A stretch of 64,000 nucleotides of DNA from an uncultured Methanoregulaceae archaeon. GTDB lineage: Archaea > Halobacteriota > Methanomicrobia > Methanomicrobiales > Methanospirillaceae. The notes below the pieces were generated by a model. It ran no database searches. It saw nothing but the letters and a program-made list of their open reading frames with translations, and was not told the DNA's origin. A program made the translations under genes and the position numbers. Where the stretch lies: the NCBI GenBank assembly GCA_963705255.1, contig OY970061.1:416001-480000 (forward strand), given 5' to 3'. Positions 43,716-53,708 of this stretch are shown here, in pieces; positions within the stretch are counted from its first letter, which is position 1; every line of letters starts with the position of its first letter.

Positions 43716-44300
43716 GAAATACCTCTCTTCGTTAGGGCCATTGCATCAACAAAATCTGCGACACGTTCACTCAATTTTCATCAAACCCGTAACAGTATTG
43801 ATGAATAACGTATTCTAATTAGATTGAATTCTCGATAGGTTTAATATTTTCCCGAGGTTCGGAATTGGACCTGTTCAACAATATTCATGGCTGTTTGGTC
43901 AGGTCCTTTTATGATGATAAAACAAAACTTCTTTTGGAATAGAACCAAATACCAATCAGGATAGAAGTTCATGAAAATTCAAAAGGACTGAAGAAGATCC
44001 CGGAATATGTTAGAGATGTTGTTCATGAAAGAAAACTTAATTAAAATTTATGGCCTTTCACTATTGCGAATGGGTTGCAATCGCGTATGTGTTGACCTGT
44101 TTTTGAGAGTTCATGATACGAACATCCCCCAGTCATTCAGTTTCAGGAAATACGCCAATCCGACGCAGTTATCCATTAAAAACCTTTTCAAGATACAACA
44201 GATTGTCGGGATTAATCCCATCTCTCCGCGGAGTTAATGCTGATATGAACATTATTATCTTATACCAAACAGTTAAAACAACAAATTTTCTGATGATGCC

Positions 44301-45299
44301 ATGTCTGAACTGAAATTATTACTTATCGGAGCCGGTCAGATTGGAAGTCGACATCTCCAATCCTTGGCAAAACTTCGGCCTAGTTCAGATATTTACGTGA
44401 TCGATCCTTCAAATATTGCACTAAAATTAGCAGAAGAACGGTATAATGAAGTAATCAATACTAGTTTAACTCCTCATAATCATACAACCTGTTTTTCAAC
44501 GGACTATGAAAACGTTCCAGCAGAAATAGATGTCGCAATTATTGCTACGACCTCAAATCATCGACTTGAAGCCATCAGATCCCTTTTAAGGAAAAGACAT
44601 CCAAAAAATATTATTTTGGAAAAAATTGCATTCCAAAATCCTCGTGATTTTATTGTTGCAGAGAATATGTTTGAAACGGCAAAATGTTCTGCATGGGTAA
44701 ATTGCCCCAGAAGATTCTGGGCGGGGTATCAACAGATCAGGGAGGAATTCAAAATATCTCCTGCACAGCAAAATTTGATGATAGTAACCGGTTCGAAATG
44801 GGGGTTGTGTTGTAATAGCATCCACTTTTTGGATTTGTATTCGTTTATTACCGATAACTCAGATCTGAAATTATATTCTGATCAGTTGGATAATAATATT
44901 CTCCCCGCGCAAAGGAATGGTTTTATTGAATTGTCCGGAATAGTGCACGGTCACGACTCAAGGGGCGGACAGATACTGATCAAAGATTATGAATACGGGA
45001 ATCTGCCTTTAATTGCATATTTTGAAAATGAAAATATCCGGTGTTATGTGGCTGAAAATCAAGGAATGGTCCACCTTTCCAAATCCGTCAACGACTGGAT
45101 TTGGGAGAAGATACCATTGCAACCTCTTCTCCAGAGCGAACTTACGCATCTGTACATCAATCAAATTTTAGAGAGTGGTTCCTGTAATCTTCCCACATTT
45201 AGAGATTCCTGGAAGATCCATACCCCCCTTTTGGAAGCATTAATTGCCCATATACAAAAGGTTACCAATACGGAGATTTCTGCATGTCCGATCACGTAA
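44301..45299 (+). CDS. Gfo/Idh/MocA-family oxidoreductase
   Basis: IGAGQIGSRHLQ, AIIAT, ILEKI, WVNCPRR, NSIHFLD. Confidence 0.85.
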   Translation: MSELKLLLIGAGQIGSRHLQSLAKLRPSSDIYVIDPSNIALKLAEERYNEVINTSLTPHNHTTCFSTDYENVPAEIDVAIIATTSNHRLEAIRSLLRKRHPKNIILEKIAFQNPRDFIVAENMFETAKCSAWVNCPRRFWAGYQQIREEFKISPAQQNLMIVTGSKWGLCCNSIHFLDLYSFITDNSDLKLYSDQLDNNILPAQRNGFIELSGIVHGHDSRGGQILIKDYEYGNLPLIAYFENENIRCYVAENQGMVHLSKSVNDWIWEKIPLQPLLQSELTHLYINQILESGSCNLPTFRDSWKIHTPLLEALIAHIQKVTNTEISACPIT

Positions 45300-46244
45300 C
45301 TGAAGATACAATTTTGTTAGTTGGTGCCGGGCCGATTGCCGTTGAATATGCAAAAGTCCTTACCGCACTTCATGTGCCGTATATTGTCGTAGGTCGGGGA
45401 TCAGACCTCGGCAGAAACATTCCTGAAAAAAACCGGGATTAAACCTATTGAAGGGGGATTGAAAAAATTTGTTGAAAATTCAGATGTGATCCCGAAGACT
45501 GCAATAATTGCGGTGGGAATTGATAGACTTTCTGCCTGTACCTTGATGCTTATCCAACATGATACAAAACAAATTTTGGTTGAAAAACCCGGGGGGCTGC
45601 TAACAAAAGAACTAGAATCTGTAAGAAAACTGGCGAAAAAATATGGATCACAGGTTTTCGTTGCGTATAACCGACGTTTTTTCGCTTCCACACTTAAAGC
45701 AAAAGAAATAATTCAGGAAGATGGGGGAGTAACCTCCTTTAATTTTGAATTCACAGAATGGAGTCATGAGATTCGATCTCTTTCCAAACCTAGAGAGATC
45801 AAAGAACGATGGTTCATCGCAAATTCAAGCCATGTGGCTGATTTGGCATTTTTTTTGGGGGGGGGACCTAAACATCTCAAATGTTTTACCTCCGGGCAAA
45901 TGGATTGGCACCATTCAGCATCTGTTTTTTCCGGTGCTGGTGTCTCTGAGAACGGTTCCTTATTCTCATACCAAGCGAACTGGGATGCCCCTGGAAGATG
46001 GGGGGTTGAGATTCTTACCCGGAATCACCGTTTGATACTCCGTCCACTTGAACAGCTTCATCTGCAAAAAAAGGGATCCACACTGATAGAAAAAGTTGAG
46101 ATTGATGATGCGTTGGATATTACATTCAAACCCGGCTTTTACAAACAGGTTAAAGCGTTTTTAAAAAATGAGACAACCGCCATGATGCCACTTGAAAAAC
46201 AACTAATGATGTTAACATTATACAACAAAATGGGGGGATACTAA
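45284..46244 (+). CDS. Gfo/Idh/MocA-family oxidoreductase; frameshift at 45405
   Basis: From ATG 45284: ILLVGAGPIAVEYAKVL..VVGRG; joins ORF 45459-46244 (LVEKPG, VAYNRRF, NSSHVADL). Confidence 0.85.
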
Positions 46245-46249
46245 AAATG

Positions 46250-46446
46250 ATGAGAGATCCATTTGAATCCCCAGTTTTTTCAAAACCGGAACAATGCCAA
46301 TCATATGAAACGTTATTCTCATGTCGACATATTTTCAAAGCATCTGAATTCTGATCGCAGACATCAACTAATGATAATGATGAATCCAGCTCGTTAAGAG
46401 ACCTGCACATAGCGGCGATTTATTCGGCCAATGCGACTTTCATCAT
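46250..46446 (-). pseudogene. Eroded 5' fragment of a Gfo/Idh/MocA oxidoreductase
   Basis: GGAGG RBS then MMKVA..(L)GRI.RRYVQV..LNELD..LSLVDVCDQNSDAL across a stop and frameshifts. Confidence 0.5.
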
Positions 46447-46453
46447 TTCCTCC

Positions 46454-47422
46454 CTAAATTAACTTGTACCAACGCCTACCAGCCCACAGGATTCGTTTTA
46501 ATGAGTTGAATAACCACATTTTAAGCAAGCCTTTTCGTATATATGGTAACCATTCGGGATTTGTTTCTTTGACCCATTTCTTAAACTCTTTCCAGTCTAA
46601 TTCTCCCAATTTATATAATTCGTAAACACTATCAGTTACAATTTCAATTGACCAAGGACTTGAAGGTTGGAAATACTTAATGATCCCTTTGGCATGCATA
46701 GTCCAAGTCCGGACTTCCTCTTCACGGCTCATTTCCACGTCTATTTCCACCCACTTTACTTTGCGTGACCAGGGAGTTGGTTTCCTCATGGTCTGGTGAT
46801 AGTGAAAGGTATCTGTTACTTTACCTTCTTTGAATCCTGCTTTGTGAACAATATCGGCAAAAACAAAATCTTCCTGCCGATAAACATAATCATCATCAAT
46901 TCTTTTTAAATTGTTCTCAAACGCTTGTTTACGCCCCATCTGACTTCCTGCCCAAGGACGGTTTCTATAATCGCCTTCGTATTCCACTAATATTGTATGT
47001 CGCATAGGACAGCCAAACCAGTCGTAATCCACCTGATGCTTGTGCATCGCATCAAACCATCCCTTTGGAAGATACGCATCAGAATGCACGTAAATGAACC
47101 AATCCGTTTCAACCGTTTCTATTAACTTGCGAATGCTGTATCCCAAGGATATATATTTTCGATGGTCAAGGACTTGGACTCGGGGGAACCTCTGGGCTAT
47201 TGCTATCGAGTCATCAATGCAGCCTCCATCACCGATCAATAGTGTGTGAATAGGGATTTCCCGGTAAAATGAGAATAAATTTGCTTCCCACAGTTCATTC
47301 GTGTGAATTACGGGGATAATTACGTCAATGCCCCTTTCGGGATGCTCCAGATAACGATCAACAAATGGTTGTTCAGTATAATACTCCCGAAAAATTGAGT
47401 TCTCCTGCTCATTCATAATCAT
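46454..47422 (-). CDS. GT-A fold (GT2-like) glycosyltransferase
   Basis: IDVIIPV, IGDGGCIDDS, YVHSDAYL, RQED. Confidence 0.75.
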   Translation of the reverse strand: MIMNEQENSIFREYYTEQPFVDRYLEHPERGIDVIIPVIHTNELWEANLFSFYREIPIHTLLIGDGGCIDDSIAIAQRFPRVQVLDHRKYISLGYSIRKLIETVETDWFIYVHSDAYLPKGWFDAMHKHQVDYDWFGCPMRHTILVEYEGDYRNRPWAGSQMGRKQAFENNLKRIDDDYVYRQEDFVFADIVHKAGFKEGKVTDTFHYHQTMRKPTPWSRKVKWVEIDVEMSREEEVRTWTMHAKGIIKYFQPSSPWSIEIVTDSVYELYKLGELDWKEFKKWVKETNPEWLPYIRKGLLKMWLFNSLKRILWAGRRWYKLI

Positions 47423-48385
47423 GTTTTCCTTTTATGTTGTTCCAAAGCTTCGTATACTAGATTCCGCACCATTTCATGAAAAGTGACTGATGGGTTCCAT
47501 CCGGTTTGTTCCCGCAATTTTTCTGCGTTTCCTATAAGACCCGGCATTTGTCGCGTGAGAATATCTTCTCTTTCTTCAACATAATTTTTCCAATCCAGTC
47601 CCAATTCGTGGAATGTAATCTCAATAAATTCTTTGACGGTGTGGGGTTGTCCTGTTGCAATGATAAAGTCATCCGGATTGGGAAGGGCCAATATTTGTTT
47701 CATCGCCATCACGTAATCAGGAGCATACCCCCAATCGGCAACGGCAGTCAGATCTCCCACAACTAATTTTTCCTGCTCTGATCTGCTTATTCGGACAGCG
47801 GAATGGATAATTTTTGCGGATAGGTAATTCTCACTCCGGTATCGTGATTCATGATTATAGAGGATTCCAACTGCAACAAATAGACCGAATTTTTCACGAT
47901 AAAATCGCGATAAAAAAAGTCCCGCGGCCTTGGTAATTCCGTAGATTGTTACCGGGTTTGCCGGGGTGGCTTCATCCTGCGGTTCACGGAAAGGATTTCC
48001 AAAAATATGTGAAGATCCTGCATAAAAAATTCGTGTGTGGGGGGAAAAGAGCCGGATTGCTTCGAGGAAATTCAGAAGGGATTGGGTATTGACCGCATAA
48101 CTTTGCTGCCACAAGTTCCTGGTTTCACAAACTACGTCCTCGGAAGAATTATGATAGGCCGCAAGATGATAAACCTCGTCTGGTTGGAAAAAACGGATTA
48201 GTGAAGAAACCTCTTGTGCATCACAAATATTTATCGTATTTATCGGCAGGCGATCCTGATTCGTACGAATGCCGGATCTGCCAAGACCTATAATCTGATA
48301 ATTATTCTTCTCGAGAAGCTGGTACAGCAGAGTTCCATCCTGCCCGTTACTTCCGATTATAATCGCGTTTCTGATTTTAACCCAC
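47419..48385 (-). CDS. GDP-mannose 4,6-dehydratase-like SDR; start region probably carries an extra G
   Basis: The frame of ORF 47419-48114 stays open upstream through IIGSNGQDG and PDEVYHLAA. YGITK, GILYNHES, DWGYAPDYV. GTG at 48385 is one base out of frame. Confidence 0.8.
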
Positions 48386-48423
48386 CTTCAGAGAAATCAT
48401 CGGATAACCGTAGGAATCTCCCT

Positions 48424-49686
48424 TTAAATCAGAGTGAAATACGGCATAGGTACAATGAAACGACCCCCGGCTCGCAGATACTCCTTTTCTCGGATCATAA
48501 ATTCTTCAATAAAATGCCATGGAAGGACCAGAAAATAATCGGGATTCGCAGCGCGAGCAGCTTCTTCAGAAACGATGGGGATATGTGTGCCTACAGTAAC
48601 CTTGCCCCATTTATCAGGATTGCGTTCCGCTGCTGCGGTAATCAGCGTATTATCCAGACCAAAATACTGGAGTAGTGTATTTCCTTTTGTGGATGCCCCA
48701 TACACATATATTTTTTTACCTTGTTGTACTTGGTCTCGTATGAAACTGACAATATCATCTTTGATACGTTCAACGCGTTCGGCAAATTCAATGTACCGTT
48801 GTGGATTATCCAGCCCCATCTCGATCTCGGTTTGTCTGAATGCCTCAACTCGATCACTTGCCAGCTTGCGATAGGTTGCATCTCCAAAAGCATCTTTATT
48901 GGCATGAATATTACGGATATATACCCTGATACTGCCACCATTGACATCGTTCACTTCCATATCCACTACCTCCATATCGTAAAGATGCAATAAATATTCA
49001 AGAGACTGCAACGAATAATACTCAAGGTGTTCGTGACAGATGTTCCCGACTTCATTTGTCTTGAGCATCAGGGGGAGATAACTCATCTGGATAATCCAAA
49101 TACCATCCGGGTGCATCACTGCCTTTACCGATTCTACAAATTTCCTTGGCTCTTCCAGATCATAGAACATCGCAATGCTGGTGACAATCTTGGGTCGGAC
49201 CTTTTTAAGGCCGGCATCTGCCAGGTAGTTATCGTCTGTAAAAAAATCTACGACAAGTTTGTCGGCAATTTTTACCGAGTATTTCGCCAGATTCTTGGCG
49301 GGATCAAAACCAATCTTGAATAAACCCTCAGTTTTATATGCCTTCAACAGCGTGCCATCATTGCATCCAATATCCAGGACTGCGTCCCCTTTGTGGACAT
49401 GTATCAGTTCTTCAGATTTGTTGGCAATTTCAGCTAAAGCTTCACACATGGTCCTGTTTGTACCGGAGCAATACCAGTAATTCTGATACATTGCCTCTGC
49501 AGGTACCGTATGTTTGAGTTGGAGGAGCCGGCATCTCTCACATAAAACAAGTTCCAGCGGTGCTAGGACGCCATCGGGTTTACCGGGTTCGGGAAAATCG
49601 GAGACATAGTGCTCTCCTAATGAAAGGATTGGTTTGAGAGAGCTATCACATACCCGACAGGTTTTTCGTTTTTTCATTTGAATCAT
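48424..49686 (-). CDS. NDP-hexose C-methyltransferase (TcaB9/TylC3-like, zinc-binding)
   Basis: CRVC...CERC, LDIGCNDGTLL, HEHLEYYS, GGSIR, YGASTKGNTLL, LVLPWHF. Confidence 0.88.
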   Translation of the reverse strand: MIQMKKRKTCRVCDSSLKPILSLGEHYVSDFPEPGKPDGVLAPLELVLCERCRLLQLKHTVPAEAMYQNYWYCSGTNRTMCEALAEIANKSEELIHVHKGDAVLDIGCNDGTLLKAYKTEGLFKIGFDPAKNLAKYSVKIADKLVVDFFTDDNYLADAGLKKVRPKIVTSIAMFYDLEEPRKFVESVKAVMHPDGIWIIQMSYLPLMLKTNEVGNICHEHLEYYSLQSLEYLLHLYDMEVVDMEVNDVNGGSIRVYIRNIHANKDAFGDATYRKLASDRVEAFRQTEIEMGLDNPQRYIEFAERVERIKDDIVSFIRDQVQQGKKIYVYGASTKGNTLLQYFGLDNTLITAAAERNPDKWGKVTVGTHIPIVSEEAARAANPDYFLVLPWHFIEEFMIREKEYLRAGGRFIVPMPYFTLI

Positions 49687-49742
49687 CTAAAAAATTTTAG
49701 TTTAATTAATCTTTATCTAAGTCTATAAGATTCATTCTCTCA

Positions 49743-50777
49743 TTATTTTTGTGCAATGACTTTCATTACACTTCCACGCTTGGTCTTATTTGCCATTATG
49801 GGAGTTATAGTGCGATCCAGCCAGCAAACCGGTGGAACCAGAAATGGCAAGCATAGAAATCTCAACAAATTCTGGCGTTGTTTAGTGATTGACCATGGAT
49901 ATATTGTGGTAAAAGTTGGTTTTATGAAATAATCAAGGATATCACTGATTGTAAAATCTAACGATGAGTAAATCACGTTTTTTACCTTAAAGCCGTTTTG
50001 TTCCAATGCGTTACCCAGTGATTTTGGCGACCAGTGGAGGGGGTGTTCAAAACCAAAAATCACCGTATGTTTTTCGCGTACTATGTGATGTATAAGTCCA
50101 TCAATATTGTGAGTCTCTATGAATAATAGTGAGCCAGGTTTTGCAATACGGCTCAGTTCTGCTAAAAATGGCTTGGGATTCGTAATATGTTCGATAACAT
50201 CACGCATATAGATAACATCGAACATTTCATTTTCAAAATGAATATTGAAGAGATCCTTATTATAAATTGTATTCCCTAATGATTTCCGTGCAATCTGACA
50301 ATTTTTTTCGTTCAACTCCACCCCATATACCTGATATCCACGCTCTTTAGCTTTCGTCAGGAAATTGCCTTTTGCGCATCCGATTTCCAGAATTTTTCCG
50401 CGTTTACCTTTCCCGTGTTGATCGATTATGTCCAGATTTTCGAAATTAATTTTATCGTCAAGAACAGTAGAGGAAGAAACTGTGTCGAACTTGGTCTCAT
50501 TATAAATGGCATTCACATTGCTGTTGTAAAAAGCATAGGTGGCAGCCTGATTCAGATGCGGATTCATATATACCATCGAGCAGTTTGAGCATTTGACATA
50601 ATGAAACCCATCCTTTTCGAACATCGCGATGGTTTGTTCTGAATCACAGACCGGGCAGGGAGTATATTCTGAAAACTGAGATTTTATTGACCGTGTTTCA
50701 TTATCAAAAAGGAGATCGTGCTGCTCACGGAGTGCAGTATTCCAACGGATTTGCCAGTTCAAAATTTTAGTCTCCAT
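49743..50777 (-). CDS. Class I SAM methyltransferase with N-terminal zinc ribbon
   Basis: CPVC..CSNC, LEIGCAKG, DVIEH, KPG. Confidence 0.88.
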   Translation of the reverse strand: METKILNWQIRWNTALREQHDLLFDNETRSIKSQFSEYTPCPVCDSEQTIAMFEKDGFHYVKCSNCSMVYMNPHLNQAATYAFYNSNVNAIYNETKFDTVSSSTVLDDKINFENLDIIDQHGKGKRGKILEIGCAKGNFLTKAKERGYQVYGVELNEKNCQIARKSLGNTIYNKDLFNIHFENEMFDVIYMRDVIEHITNPKPFLAELSRIAKPGSLLFIETHNIDGLIHHIVREKHTVIFGFEHPLHWSPKSLGNALEQNGFKVKNVIYSSLDFTISDILDYFIKPTFTTIYPWSITKQRQNLLRFLCLPFLVPPVCWLDRTITPIMANKTKRGSVMKVIAQK

Positions 50778-50997
50778 TTGTGCTATCGACTTGAATATTT
50801 TACGATAAGTCTTCTAAATATTAATCTCTCTGGATTTGCCATCAAATCAAACCTGTTTATATGGGCGATAATGAATCAACTATAACTTCTTAAAAAATCC
50901 GGCGTATATTATACGATAAAATATCTTAAAAAAATCCAATTTTATGTCACTCATGATTATCCCCTATTAGTTATTAGAGGTACCATTAAAAACATGC

Positions 50998-52050
50998 TTA
51001 AATAAGATCAGACCATTTTAATTCATCGTCAAATTTCAAATTATGTTTCACGGTTCGACCAATTACGTAATTTACTTCATTGGGTGAGATTCCTGTTCCG
51101 GGTCTTTTATAATCTAAATCCCCAATGCTAATTTTTTCACCTTTTTTCATTGGTCGGCTAATGACAATACATCTACGAAATTTTTTTCTTTTCTCAATCT
51201 CCAACTTGGTTAGCGACCGGGTTGAATTACCAAGCGCATCAAAGACGTTTTTCCCGTCCCTCACAATAATCTGAAGTTCTGATGGATCGCAAGAAATTGC
51301 GTGATCCCAGCCGTCTAAATTTTTGTCGAGGGTAAAATGTTTTTCAATAATACAGGCTCCAAGAGCGATTGCGGCCAAAGGAATTGCCGTTCCAAGAGAA
51401 TGGTCGCTGAATCCAACAGGTACATCAAATGTTCTACGTAGCATCGTTATATTCCGGAGATTGATTGTTTCATAAGCAGGGGGGTATATTGAGATACAAT
51501 GAAGAAGGGCAATAGATCCTGCACCTCCTTTTTTCAGTACATAAATAGCTTGTTCAATCTCACCAATGGTTGCCATCCCGGTTGAAAGAATAACCGGTTT
51601 ATGTTTACTGGCAACATACTTGAGAAGGGGAATATGATTCACATCCATTGAAGAAATTTTAAACGCCGGTACGTCAATATCATTCAAGAGATCGACTTCC
51701 TCTCCTGAAAAGCTACTCGAAATGAAAGTGATGCCTTTTTTATCACAATATTTTTTTACCTCATAGTGCTGCTGAACGGTAAGCTGATATTTTTCAACCA
51801 TTTCTTCGAGGGAGCCAAAATGTTTCTTTTTATCTGCGTAATTTGTATTGCGCTGGTATTCTGCATGGGAAATGAGGGATGATTTTGACCATGATTGAAA
51901 TTTTACTGCATCCGCTCCACATCGTTTTGCGCTAACAATTAATTTTTTACACAATTCCATGTCGCCATTGTGATTGGATCCGATCTCTGCAATAATATAC
52001 GGTGGTTCACCGGGTCCGATAAGCTTACCATTAAGATTTAATTTTTCCAT
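50998..52050 (-). CDS. neuB: Second nonulosonic acid synthase (NeuB family) with SAF domain
   Basis: IAEIGSNHNGD, AVKFQSW, KISSMD, LHCISIYP, GFSDHS, EKHFTLD..GWDH, KRPGTGI. Confidence 0.93.
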   Translation of the reverse strand: MEKLNLNGKLIGPGEPPYIIAEIGSNHNGDMELCKKLIVSAKRCGADAVKFQSWSKSSLISHAEYQRNTNYADKKKHFGSLEEMVEKYQLTVQQHYEVKKYCDKKGITFISSSFSGEEVDLLNDIDVPAFKISSMDVNHIPLLKYVASKHKPVILSTGMATIGEIEQAIYVLKKGGAGSIALLHCISIYPPAYETINLRNITMLRRTFDVPVGFSDHSLGTAIPLAAIALGACIIEKHFTLDKNLDGWDHAISCDPSELQIIVRDGKNVFDALGNSTRSLTKLEIEKRKKFRRCIVISRPMKKGEKISIGDLDYKRPGTGISPNEVNYVIGRTVKHNLKFDDELKWSDLI

Positions 52051-52944
52051 ATCTCCTCCAGGTCAGGATGAGCAACGCATACCCACCATATATGGTTTGA
52101 TGGCAATTGGTTTAACTTCCGAACGTATTCTTGAAATTTTTTGGGTGATTGTTTGATGGAATTATAAAATGATTCGACATTATTTTGTGCCGTTTCAAAT
52201 AAAACACGTTTTGAATCAGGAATTTCAGGAATGTTGTTCAAAATGCAATGATAATGATATAGCACGCGTTCCGTCGAAAGGATGATTATTTCCGGGGTGA
52301 ATGGAGGTATAACGCGAGCAGTATTAAGGGACCACTGTCTGTATAACATTCTTTCCTTCGGATCAAAGCACATCCGTGCTCCCTGTAACCAAGACCCGCG
52401 TGGCGAGAAACCAATCAAGAAGAACGCAGTCCTTAGGAAATGGTAAACAATTGCAAAGCACACTAGATGAATAAGTTGTATTAGATAGACCAAAAATGTT
52501 GAACTGCGGTATGAGGGATGAAATATCAATCTGTGGGGGCATTTTAAATGAAATATTCATATCTGTACCGCTCTCATCAATAATTTTCATGGCACACCCA
52601 TATACATCATAGTGTTTCATTGAAGAACGTGAAACTGATACGCGTGACGGGGCAAGGATATCATCACTATCAACAAAAACAATGCTATTATAGTGCTCAA
52701 TCATTTGCTCTATGGCTCGCTGGCGGAGAGTGATATTTGACTCATTGGTTTCACGTTCTATGCAGGTAATCGGAAAATCATCGGAGAAAAATTTTGCAAT
52801 TTCTCTTTTGCGAATCCGATCAAGTCCAATCCAGAGATCAAACTTTGTATCGGTTTGGGTTGACAAAGATTTAAAAAAATCGGGAAGAAATTCTGTTCCC
52901 TCTGGATACACTGTTGTAAAAAGAGCTATTCTATTACGTGGCAT
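52038..52944 (-). CDS. GT-A-like hypothetical protein between neuA and neuB; frameshift at 52394
   Basis: ALFTTVYP..FL.DFFKSL..QT, VFVDSDD (DXD), FGLSN, DWFLATR then (+1 frame) AWLQG...YRQW. Confidence 0.65.
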
Positions 52945-53669
52945 TAATATTCAGTCATCCTTTTGCGCATTAAAATCTCTGCCAGTCTCCAGTCATCCTC
53001 TGTATCGATATCAATGGCATGATCCCACGGTATTTCCCATCCCGTTCTATGAGGGCAATAGAAGGTTTTTTCACGCCGAAGTGTATCCGGTTTTATCCAC
53101 CAGATCGCACCAGTTGGACAAAAAAGTTCAGGGAGATCCTGACTTCTTTTTTTCAACTGCTCCTCAAAAATGGGGGAGACTATGTTGTTCTTATTTTTTG
53201 TCATCGCCCACCAAGGGTTTAGCCAATTATATCTAGTTAGAGAGATCTGCGATTCAGTTTTTGATCTAATAAATTGGGAAAAACTATTCATAATATCCAT
53301 AGAATCTCGTAATGGACAAATGGGCATTAATTGCGCGATAGAATCAAATTTTTTGTGGGTAGGGTCTAATGATTCAAGCATATCCAACGTGACTAGGGAG
53401 ACGGGACTATAATCATCAGCAAGAGTTGATTTTCTGATATAAGGTATTTCTGCACCGTATTCTCCAGAAATTTCGGCAATTTCCTGGCTGTCAGTGCTGA
53501 CAATGATATGAGAAAACAGGTTACTTTTTTTTGCTGCCTCAATGGTATATGCAATAATTGGTTTCCCACAGAATTGCCGGATATTTTTTTTAGGTATGCG
53601 TTTGGATCCCCCTCGAGCGGGAATAACCGCAATAGCATCCATTTTTATGATTTTCCTCCTTATTTCCAT
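52944..53669 (-). CDS. neuA: Second CMP-nonulosonic acid synthetase (NeuA/PseF-like); start probably 53642
   Basis: IPARGGSKRIPKKNI, VSTDS, LADD, RSQDLP, DIDTEDDW. Confidence 0.92.
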   Translation of the reverse strand: MEIRRKIIKMDAIAVIPARGGSKRIPKKNIRQFCGKPIIAYTIEAAKKSNLFSHIIVSTDSQEIAEISGEYGAEIPYIRKSTLADDYSPVSLVTLDMLESLDPTHKKFDSIAQLMPICPLRDSMDIMNSFSQFIRSKTESQISLTRYNWLNPWWAMTKNKNNIVSPIFEEQLKKRSQDLPELFCPTGAIWWIKPDTLRREKTFYCPHRTGWEIPWDHAIDIDTEDDWRLAEILMRKRMTEY

Positions 53670-53708
53670 TGGAAATTATGTATTATTAATTATGAAGGTT
53701 GTTTAAAT

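Noticed and set aside
7466-52944. Phase variation or mass pseudogenisation as the cause of the split genes
   Set aside because: Breaks are single-base, mostly outside long homopolymers, with both halves otherwise undamaged and a recurring sequence context; sequencing error is more parsimonious but unproven without reads
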